The notes beneath the pieces are model-generated. The model made no database searches. It saw nothing but the letters and a program-made list of their open reading frames with translations, and was not told the origin of the DNA. A stretch of DNA of 61,421 bases, filler included, from Bipalium vagum (Eukaryota), in the NCBI GenBank assembly GCA_037834085.1. It is 3 parts of 3 records of this genome, joined end to end, with 100 filler letters (N's around TTAATTAATTAA, not from the genome) between each part and the next. Parts side by side here need not be neighbours in the genome. Positions count along the whole stretch, not along the records: positions 1 to 23,326 come from JBBMKC010210263.1; positions 23,427 to 40,840 come from JBBMKC010066400.1; 1 more part is not named here. The stretch is one strand, 5' to 3'. Below are positions 14,001-23,841 of this stretch, in pieces. How positions within the stretch are numbered: the stretch's first letter is position 1; the number at the start of each line of letters is the position of its first letter. The translations under genes and the position numbers were made by a program.

Positions 14001-17000
14001 TTCTCTAGGAATTTATCGTCTTGAACTTTGATTGCTTGGTGAAGTGACTGGTTTTCTTTCAAAAGTTCCACTTTGTGACTTTCTAATAACATCAAATCGC
14101 TATGGAAATCACCCATTTTCTTTGACATGTCCAGCATCTTTCGATCGAATTCTGCTTCTTTGTTGTAGAGATCAGTTTTCAATTTTTCATTTTCGTTCAT
14201 CAAAATCGATTTATTACTTTCGAGATTCTCAATATCGGAATTTTTTGAACTCAATAAAATCGACATCTCTTGCATTTTTTCTTTCACTTCTTCATCTTTG
14301 TAAACGATTTTTTGATTCAAAATGTCAAGTTCACTTCTTAACACGGATATTTCTCGTTGGTGATCATTAAGTTTCCATTTCCTTTTGTCCGATTCTTCTG
14401 TCACTTTTAACAGTCTTGATTCATATTCATCAGATTTGCTTTTAATTTCCAATCTCAAATTTTCTACGACTTCCGCTAACTTTTTCTTTTCAGTTTCCAC
14501 AAATGATATTTTTGAATCTTTCTTTTTCAACTGTTCAGAAATTTGATCTGTCAAGTGGATGTTTTCTTTGGATGTCTTATCTAATAAAATTTTCAGATGT
14601 GCTAATTCATTGTTTAGTTTATTTATTTGTGTTTCTTTATCACCCAATACTTCGTTGAGACGATGTATTTCCCTTTCAATTTTCAATTTATCGATTTTCA
14701 ATTTTTCAAATTGATTCTCATATTTTTGGTGCATATTTTTGTTCTCATTTTTCAATTGTGTCATTATTTCATCGTTTTTTATCCGAATGTGCTCCTTTTC
14801 TTCTTGTAGACTAACCATTTTTGTCTGTTCAGATTTCAAATCAGACTCAACTGTCTGTAACTTTTTTATCATCGATCCTATTTGGTCTTTGTATGTGATA
14901 ATTTCCGTTTCCTGTTTATCAATCTTCCGTTCCAGTTTGGTAACCTTATTCGAGACACTGGTTTTTTCTGACTTCATTTGCTGCAGCTGTTCCTCCAACT
15001 ATATTAATAAAACATTTTACGTTTTAAAAAGACTTGCAATTTTGTTTACCTTATTTTTGGAACATTCCAGTTCTTTCATGTTATTTTTTAACAATTTATT
15101 TTCGTCCGCGACGCTGGAAAAGTCATTCTTGAGCTTTGAAATCTCTTCGTTGGCTTCTTCGAGCTGATGACGATAAACACTTTTAAAGCACATGAAACCT
15201 TACAGCTCACAATTTAATCAGAAAATCATATATTTGTTAAATTGAAATAGATTTATAATACTAATTTCTTACAACCATAACACATGCATATCGTTAGAGT
15301 AAACAAACCAAAAACTTCCGAAAAACTTGCAATACAGGAAACAGGCTTAGAATTGGAAATGAACACTCTTTGATCAGAGTTGGTGTAAAAAATTACATAA
15401 CCAAGTATTGACACAGAAATAATTTAAGTGAACTTTGCCAATTTAAGAAAAGTAAACAGAGTTCTTTGATTCCCAAGAAATCAGGTTGAAATTGTATTTC
15501 ATTATATAATATTATTAAATAACTTCATTATAAAAACTGAACTTTTAATTTACATATTTTAGTTGAAAACCATGAAAATTATGCCGAAAGAGACTATGGA
15601 TATTATATTGTAAGATTTATTAAAAATTATCAAAATTATTCTCCCTAAATAAATATTCACCTAATAATGCACTCAGACATTAGGAATTAATTTTAAAATA
15701 TATTTAATCAATTTATTTCAGATCGCAAATCATTCTTTAAAGATATCAAAAGTAAAAAGCCTAAATCCTCAATGAAATTAATTCTTTAATACAAAGACAG
15801 CAAACCATATCTAGGGACTGATTTCACATATAGGGATTAATTAAAATATTATTTCATTTAAAAAATTCATTCATATATATCCCCATTCACAAAAGAAGGG
15901 TATCCAATTTGAAATATTTTATTTTTTATCCTTGTATTTGTTTCATAATGATTTCGTTATGTCATGTTTTTGTCTAATTATAGAATCAGATAGTAACAAA
16001 GGGCGTTGAAAAAAATTAAATAGCTCAGATTAATAAAAATACACAGTACCACCCTAGAGTAAAGCAGTATTTTAAACTGACACTAGTAATATAATCATAA
16101 TAAAACTGCATTTTTGATTTTTACAGTTTCTCCACAATTACCAATCAAAAAAGTATTTATTAATTCTAACATAAGATTTATATCATTAATTAAAATTGGA
16201 TATGCTTTTTAAAGTTATCCACTCAAGATTTCTTGGATCTTTGACAATTTTCATATTAAGATATTTAAATTTTAAAAACCAAGTTAGTTCAAGCCATTGG
16301 AAAACTTTAATTTAATTAAAAATCAATAATTATTAGTATATTTTAACAAATTAATAAATAATCAGTAATAAATAATTTTTTTATTTCATTACCAATTACC
16401 AAAATACAGAAAGTAAACTAAGGACATTATTTATAACTAAAACTAGGCTAATTTTAATATCCTTTTGATTCATTTTCGTCAAAATGAAATAAGTGCTATA
16501 TCCGTCCAATTATTGTGTTAAAAATCCAATTAAAAGTTACTTTACTACAACATGACACTAATAATTTGATACTTAATCGACTATCAAAACAATTGAATTT
16601 ACCAGCCATTGTTATTGTTATTGTTTTCACTAAAATAAAAAGGGATCGTTGGTATGAAGTTTAGCATTTGACCACGCAACCAAACGAAATAAAATTGATA
16701 ATTTTATAAACTGATTACAATTAAAACACTGATAAAATCGATAGTCCTTATGAAGGGCATTTTTCTTTATCTAAAAATTTTTCACTTGTAAATTCCAAGA
16801 ACCCAAGTTAATTAAATAACTAAAAAAGAACATTATTGTAAAGTCGAAAGAATCAATTTTTAACAGTAATAAGTAAAATAAGTTAGTACCGACACAATTT
16901 AAGAAAGATGCTCCTGTCAAAGTGTCAGAAAAGATTAATAATCAATATTATCTATGAAATCGAACCACTTCCGTTAAGAATTAAACGGGAAATAAGAATA

Positions 17001-17677
17001 TTGTTTATTTATTTTATCCAAAATATGCGGATGTTAATAAGTTGAATAAAATAGTTAATTTCCATTATAAAATAATGAATCTCATTAGTTAAAGAAATGT
17101 GTTACCTTAAAATAATAACATTATTGAATAAACATTGAACGTTAATTCCAATAATCATTAAAATAATAAAAACTTAAAATGTAAAACAATAACCTTGGAA
17201 TTCTGAGATTTAGCTTCACTATTATCCGACTTCATTATTTCTATAAGACAAATAATAATTTTTAAATTAAATTAAAAATAAACTTTTGCTAGTTAGCGTG
17301 ATTTTTTTAATATCCGGGGTTGCTAAAATGGGGCCGGATTCTTTTGGAACTATTACTGCTTCTATAATTTCATTTTCAATATTATCTTCTCTGGGAGGTT
17401 TATTTAGTATTAAATGGTCAATATTAGTCTGCCTCGAACTATCTTGTATCTCATCGGAATTGGTTTTATTAATAAATTCTTGATTCATGGTTTTCATCAT
17501 TTTTTTCTCTTTTTTTGTTTTCTTTTTATTTAAATTACTTACTTCAGCTGACCCTGCTCCTTGTACATATAGGGGCTCAGTAGCTTCACGGTTATTTGAC
17601 ATAGTTCTCGAGTAAAAGATGTAAATTGGTATACAAATGAGGATTATCACCAATATTATTGAAAGAATAAATAACAT
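5414..17677 (-). CDS. Kinectin / ribosome-binding protein 1 (p180)-like ER-anchored coiled-coil protein, multi-exon
   Basis: GT-AG exons: 17677-17284, 17240-17194, [link unresolved], ~15193-15050, 14998-13475, 12226-12099, 12041-11975, 10312-10229, 10173-10058, 8564-8405, 8351-8274, 6130-6031, 5430-5414 (RVAQQ*). Phases are consistent from 15050 to the stop. N-terminal TM (LFILSIILVIILICIPIYIFY) followed by a K-rich patch; long coiled coil. EENSQLRSQLDHYRDTLEKTELCLQNIQTSVDHEESKWK resembles the KTN1/RRBP1 C-terminal YxxVLxETExxLxxLQxSVExEExxW motif. Confidence 0.8.
6860..7610 (+). mobile_element. Decayed Tc1-like transposase remnant (intronic)
   Basis: ORFs 6993-7196 and 7193-7525: FAREHL..W(K)SILW(I)D, GGGIVV, IDGTLNAARYLKEII, LQYDDATLHTARIV (QxDNAxxH). 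Frameshifted. Confidence 0.75.
10961..11060. repeat. (AATAGT)n/(AAT)n microsatellite
   Basis: Directly visible tandem AATAGT then AAT units. Confidence 0.95.
12480..13340 (+). mobile_element. Decayed Tc1/mariner-type transposase remnant (intronic)
   Basis: Broken transposase-like peptide fragments (VRESTIF..L...RFRK, DYRCSLIFS) with many stops. Confidence 0.3.
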
Positions 17678-18239
17678 TAGGGAACCTGAATAACTGGTTT
17701 AAATTTCATGTATCTTTGGTGTTATATTACCCTATTTAAAACCTATGAAGAAATAAGCTGAAGTTGACCAAATTAAAAAATGACGTCCTTATTTATTTAA
17801 ATAGATTTAATTCGCTTAAACAACATAAATTTTATCATTTGAAATAAAATTTCAATTACTAATTATCATTATGAACTAAATAAAAATAGTTTTTAAACAA
17901 TAGGCAATGAAAATTTACAAAACATTTTAAATCGACACAATTCTATGTAATATAAAATTATTTATTCTTCTTTTTATTAAATACGTTATTTAATATAATA
18001 AAAACATTTTAAAAATCTATTAATAAAATTTGAAGTATTTGATTACGATTTTTTCCATAAAAATAAGTTAATTTAATGCAATTTTACTATTACTAGTATG
18101 AAAAATAATAATTACAAAGCTCAAAATCATAACTTAAGATCCTAGAAAATTTGAAGATTTTCCAAAATCAATGGATAGGATAATTTTTGTAAAATTAACT
18201 GAAAATTGGTCGGAGGATGTAGCTCACCACAACTAAATT

Positions 18240-18541
18240 ATATAGTAGTTAAAAACGAGATTTAAGAAAGGTTAAAAACAAATGTTGAAGAAAGATTGAA
18301 GAAAATCCACATCAGACTGTACGAGACCTAGTCAAAGTGTTTGGCGTATCAGCAATGACCATTTCTCGTCATTTGAAATCAATGAGAAAAGTTTAAAAGC
18401 TCGACAAATGAGTCCCACATTCGTTGAACAATTTCCAAAAATTTCAACGTATGGAGATTTGCAATTCCCTGCTGATCCGCAATGATTTATGTCCATTTTT
18501 GCATCGCATTGTCACTTGTGATGAAAAGTGGGTACTATATA
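18240..18541 (+). mobile_element. 5' half of a mariner transposase, cut by an insertion at a TA
   Basis: EENPHQTVRDL..FGVSAMTISRHL..KLDK*VPH(S)L (WVPHEL) ... FLHRIVTCDEKWVLY, ending at TA 18540-18541. Confidence 0.85.
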
Positions 18542-18942
18542 CAGTAGTGTTCAAATTAATTTGGACAAAGATAAAATTCAAGAAAATCATTGATATATTG
18601 AAGTACATTACAGAAAACACATTAAAAAAATTTACACTAATAAAAAATATGTCCACCTTTAGCTTTTATGACATCCAGAACACGATTAGGCATTGAAGCA
18701 ATTAGTTTTGCACATAAAAACTTAATTTTTTCATCGTTATTCTATAACTGATTAATGGCTGAATGGAGCAAATTTTCAGTAGTACAATCCATAGGTTTCA
18801 GGCGCTCTTTTACAATAGCCCATAAATTCTCTATGGGTGAGATATCTGGAGAATTTCCAGGCCGTGGCAGAACGTCAATGCTGTTTTCTGTCAAAAAATT
18901 CTGGATTTTATGTGAAGTATGACAAAGAGCTAAATCTTGTTG
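18542..18942 (-). mobile_element. 3' end of a Tc1 (DD34E) element with one TIR
   Basis: TA|CAGTAGTGTTCAAATTAATTTGGACA terminus at 18542. Transposase QQDLALCHTS...PGNSPDISPIENLW has 34 residues between D and E, then SMPNRVLDVIKAKGGHIFY* (stop 18639-18637). Partner TIR not found. Confidence 0.9.
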
Positions 18943-19820
18943 TCCGTCTACAGTGATAATCATTAATAAAAATAGTGATAGCCAAAACCATTTGTTCAGT
19001 TTTGGCATTGACACTGCTGCCACTACTGATTGTTCCTTAAATGGTTTTCTAGATCGCAATGGATATCTAGAGCCCATTTCTTCTATCACTTTCTTGCATC
19101 TGTTCACGTGTACAGGACTTTCCCCCTCTTTTGGTTTTTAGTTGTAAATTCGTGGGACTAACTTTTTCAACTATATATGGTCCTCTGAAAGTTCTTTGAA
19201 GCTTCGGCGATTTTCATTTTTGTGGGTCTGGCGTATCAACCATTACTTTATCTCTGACTTCTATTGAATGAGGTTTCGCAAGTTTATTGTAATGATCTTT
19301 ATATTTCTCTTGGTTATATTTTATATACAATCCTGCTCTCTGCCATGCCTTTTGCAATCTCTCATGCATTATTATTTTATAATCTTCTTCTTCTAAATAT
19401 TGCGATGCTGGATTAATATTTTCCAGATCTACTGGCTTGTTATTATCTCTAAGATACATGAGATAAAACGGCATTTCTCATGTGGATGGATGTACAGCAT
19501 TTCTATGAGCAAATAAACACGACGCTATATGTACATCCAAGCCAGTTTGTCTTTTATTAGTAACCGTTGACAACATTTTTAAAAAGGTGCCATTAAACCT
19601 CTCTACTAAGCCATCTAGTAGTGTTTGTGGTCGATAAGGTGATGTGTTCAATTTTAATATCGCAAACATGGAGCATATTTCTTTTATAATCTCACTCATA
19701 AAATTAGTGTCGCGATCTGTCAGCAACTTTCGTCTTGCTCCGTATCGAAATACTATTTCTTCGATAAATATTTTGGCTATTGTTTCTGCCTTTTGATTTT
19801 TCATAGTAAAGGCCTCTGGT
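18943..19820 (-). mobile_element. Ty3/gypsy integrase (core + GPY/F module) pseudogene reading into a signal peptide
   Basis: PEAFTMKNQKAETIA..FRYGARRKLLTDRDTNF..TSPYRPQT..DGLVERFN, MPFYLMY, KLQRTFRGPYIV, HVNRCK, RYPLRSR, then MPKLNKWFWLSLFLLMIITVDG. Two stops and one frameshift; HHCC domain and first catalytic Asp are missing. Confidence 0.9.
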
Positions 19821-21483
19821 AATTCTGGATATATTTGTACCCGTGTTGGAATATTTGGCAACGGTTTCCTTATATACGGTGGTGCGGATACTTGATTTTT
19901 CTGTAGTGACGAGTATCTACGGTTTTTACTTGATCTTTTAATTCGTTGTCCTTTACTTTAAAATATTCCGGACTCTCATTCTAAATGAAAAGATGAACTA
20001 TCACTTCCATTTTCTGTATCAAGCTTCTCGATTGTTTCCATTCTCATTTTCTGGTATTGATCATCTGCGAATATTTTCTTTTTCAATTTGGATAGCTTGT
20101 TACCATGATGATGAATTATAACAAATTTCGCTAAAACGGTAGACACGCTGCTATTAACCTCCATGTAAATCCAACTGCTCTGTATAATATATATACCGAC
20201 ATTAATTGAGAAAGTGCCCACTTGGCAATCATAAACACTGTGTAAACCCCAAATCTCCTTCCAATACAACTGGAAGTTCATTTGTGCAATCTATCAGACA
20301 TCGTAACTGCACATTTAGTGTATTCATTCACCCATCATCCAAGCAAATATTCCTTGATCATGCAATAACATTGGAGCTATCAAATCTGAGTTAGTAATGA
20401 TCATTGCAAATCGATTTTCAGCACTTCTCTGTTTATTCGACAATCATTTATCACAAGTTCGTGATAGTATTCACTTGTCGAGTGCTTCAGTAAATGATAG
20501 ATAGAATCTATTTTCGTCTTGACATAATTCGCCATTCTTATTTCCATTTTATCAACTTTTCTGGTTTCCAAAGTATTTTTTAGACTTACAAATACTCCTT
20601 TGTGATTAGTTGCATATACCAATACATTACATTTTAACGTACTTTCTTTTCTCACAAACCTGACTCCCTCGGCTTTGTTTTTACTGAATAAAACAATTGG
20701 CGTTCTTTCTCTATGTACCTTTTCCGATGATTTAGAAATTTTATTCGCTTTTCTTACCCTTTCTTTTTCTCCTTCTACCTGGATAAAAACCACTTTCTTG
20801 AGAAACACCATATCACACATTATATTCAGTATCTTGTAAACGAGCAATGATTCTCCAGTATTACGAGTGGTATGCTTTGAATTGCAAAAAGCGTGTGATA
20901 ACATTTCTCCCGTGACCGCATCAAAAATTCCTTTAAATTCTCTCAATTCTACTTGGTAATTTGAGTGTGTTACCACCCAATTAACTTTTGCTCCTTGTCT
21001 GTATTTGTCTCTTTCAGTGATTCTCCATTTGATGAAATTGATCCTTCTTCAATAACGGTTTGTCTGGTTCTGACACTTATCTTGGCATCTATTGCCAATC
21101 CTGCGGTTATTTGTAGCTTGTGTGTGACGAATTTTTGGAGCTTACTATTACTGGCACTGGAATCATTGTTGCATCTAAGAAAGGCTGTTGGACTGTGACA
21201 CAACAATAATATTCGACATCACAGTAGTATTCAAAGGATGCCTTTGTCACAATACATTCCTTTACTTGAGTTCTCCGGAATTCCGTTTCCTGGTAGATGT
21301 GATATTTTATATTAGTCTGTTTTATTTTCGTTGGATATGCTTCTGGGCATTCCTCTAGATCCATTAGCGAATATATTTTACCAATCTTAGGTTTGCTACA
21401 ATCGTAAGCTACTAAGGCATTACCTCTGTCCAAAATATTCATAAACATGAACATAATTAATATCATCATTGGTAGCCACATAT
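19821..21483 (-). pseudogene. Chuvirus-type (Jingchuvirales-like, class III) envelope glycoprotein, degenerate
   Basis: Signal peptide MWLPMMILIMFMFMNILDRGNA followed by LVAYDCS..YSLMDLEEC, YQETEFRRTQVKECIV..EYYC, KCNVLVYATNHKGVFV, NYVKTKIDSIY, YYHELVINDCRINREVL and DCTNELPVV. Motifs and order match the chuvirus-like G proteins known from retroelement-associated endogenous viral elements. Frameshifted, with an internal deletion before a basic tail ending IYPEL. Confidence 0.75.
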
Positions 21484-23091
21484 TTGAGTTGTTTTCTCGC
21501 TCTGATCTCTGCTGCTCCCTTCTACAGCTATATGGAGCTCCTCTAAGTTGCTCGTAGTCTAAATCATCTTCATTTTTGGTTTCTCTTGTATATTCGGGTC
21601 TACGATTCCTTGGATCTGCTTCTCTTGATTTCTGTTGTCGCTCTGATTGCTCTTGCTTTATGAGTAATAATCCTTGCCATCCCTGATGAAATTTCAGCCA
21701 TGGTCCAAAGAAATCATTTATTTTCTTGTTAGCTTTGCTAACTAACAAATCTAGGCTTTGTCCTCCACCTTTTTTATTTATCTTTAATAACCTTTATAAT
21801 ATCATCGTAATACCAACTAAAACGTTTTCCTTATCTACTGCTTCTACTAAGTATCCTAGAACCAAATCATAACTTATATTACTCGGTTTATCCACAAAAA
21901 CGTCAACATCGGTAACCACCTTTTGCATTTCTTCAAAAATGTCACGAGTTAATTTATCTGGTGGTTCTCCATCCTCATTTGCGGATCCATCAAGTATTTT
22001 AATTGTCTAATAATGTTTTGGTCATCCGCTGTTTCCATATCATAAAGTTCTTCATCATGCTGCTTTCGATATTTCTCAGCCAGTTTTATAAGATAGTGTC
22101 TTCTCAAACTATTTCTAGTTTCTGCTTTAATACCGGTAACAGTCTAAACCTCCTTGGTTGACCAACCAGATTACTTCCGGGCCTAGTCTGACTAACTTTT
22201 GCTTGACTTTACTGTGATACATCTGGTTTTATCTCTACTAGTTCATCCTGCATCATTACGTTGTGCTTCGTGACCTAATTTGGTATTCCTACTTTATCTT
22301 CTTCCCTTTCTACTAATATAACGTCATCAGGATCCTCTACTAGTTAACTTTGATCTTGTCTAGCATCGACGAGTCCATCCTGCAATGTTGTCTGTACGTC
22401 TTGTAATAAGAAACGTCAGGTTGTCTTTGACTTATTCCGATTAACCATTGTACTATCAGGTCAGTCCATAAGTTCGTGCGTATTAATGAATATTATGTAA
22501 ATATAAAAAAAAAACAAATGAAATCGATATGAAACATTTATTCATGGAAATAATTACCATCATTTTCTACAATCATTTTCCACCTGTCAGGAAGTTTTTT
22601 AAAACCATCTGCATAAAATGACAAAGGTTTTGAAGCAAAAAGATATAATGCAATACGCACGAATTTATGGACTGACCTGATACTTCAGGCTGCTCTGATT
22701 GTGCTAACTTTGCTTCTTGTTGTTCTAATACATTTGATGGGGTAGTCATCACTTCTCGGTTAAGTAGACCAACTGGGCGGCCTCTTTCATTCACTTGGGT
22801 TGTTATTATAATGGTGATTTCATCTGCGTTACAAGCACACTCCATTAAGTATTCATTATCATCGAGTTGTTAGCCTAACCAAAGTGTTACTATTATCCAC
22901 TAATTTCCCATTATCTCTTCTGCCATCTTTCTCAATTTCCTTACCTGAGTACAGTAATGCAACTTAATATCAAGTTCCTTATAACTCAGCATCCTAAATT
23001 TAGCTTTCAATGGTCTCATGTCAATTTCTGTTCTTCTCACATATCTGCCATATCTTTTTATCAACAATCTTATTTCTAGTCTAGTGAACAA
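21484..23091 (-). pseudogene. Degenerate unrecognised polyprotein region upstream of, and in frame with, the glycoprotein
   Basis: ORFs 23091-22900 and 22845-22573 share a frame separated by two stops. The frame resumes across the MITE, and coding-like pieces continue to ORF 21748, which reads directly into the G signal peptide. Confidence 0.55.
22456..22680. mobile_element. Internally deleted mariner / MITE (225 bp)
   Basis: 29-bp TIRs TCAGGTCAGTCCATAA(G/A)TTCGTGCGTATT (28/29 match), TA on both sides (22454-5, 22681-2). Interior keeps a transposase C-terminus (GFKKLPDRWKMIVENDGNYFHE*) on the minus strand. Confidence 0.92.
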
Positions 23092-23326
23092 TAATTTTTA
23101 ATTTTTAAGTACACGCTTTTTAAAAAACATTTTTGAACACGCAAAATTTTATTTATACTGCTATTTTGAAACATGTTTCGATCTCTTCTTTCAGATCTTC
23201 TTCAGTCAATTTTCTTCTTCTTCGATGTTTTTCTTCAAATGATATCACCATCATGATTTAGAAATATTATCTGCATTATTATTGGATAAAAGTAAAAAAA
23301 ACTTTTTTAATTCTACAAACTTTAAA

Positions 23327-23426
23327 NNNNNNNNNNNNNNNNNNNNNNNNNNNNNNNNNNNNNNNNNNNNTTAATTAATTAANNNNNNNNNNNNNNNNNN
23401 NNNNNNNNNNNNNNNNNNNNNNNNNN
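23327..23426. other. Artificial scaffold spacer N44-TTAATTAATTAA-N44
   Basis: Exactly 100 bp with a six-frame-stop linker; identical structure at 40841-40940. Confidence 0.97.
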
Positions 23427-23841
23427 GGAGGGTTATTTTATTTTCTGAGTATTTTCCAAATAAAATTTCTGGGAATTTTTAAATTACTTTTCGAGTGTTA
23501 ATTTAGCTTTCATGAAACGTCAAATTAATAAAATTGTTAAATTTAATTAAATAAAATTGTAAATATTTTGTATTAAAATAGATTTAATTTAATATATTTT
23601 GTTGAGATAGGATAAATATTAAAAAAATTAATTTTTGAATTTTAATTCACATTTTAACAGATTTTATTATTATTAGATTTTTTAATGAAATATTTTGGTA
23701 CTATAGATTGTTTATTTTTACTTTGAAGATTTTTAAGGTTGATTGAAAATTGTATTTAAAGATTTATTCAAAATGATATTAATATTAAAAATTTAAGCAA
23801 GATTAGCCAATGTAAGACGTTATCATGATATAATATTACTA

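Noticed and set aside
13663-15167. Plus-strand ORFs (98, 112, 60, 142 aa)
   Set aside because: Antisense shadows of the large coiled-coil exon; F/L/S-rich with no domain.
18742-19107. 121-aa ORF as a functional new membrane protein
   Set aside because: Chimera of integrase tail, signal peptide and Tc1 fragment with a GTG start and premature stop; reported as a junction, not a gene.
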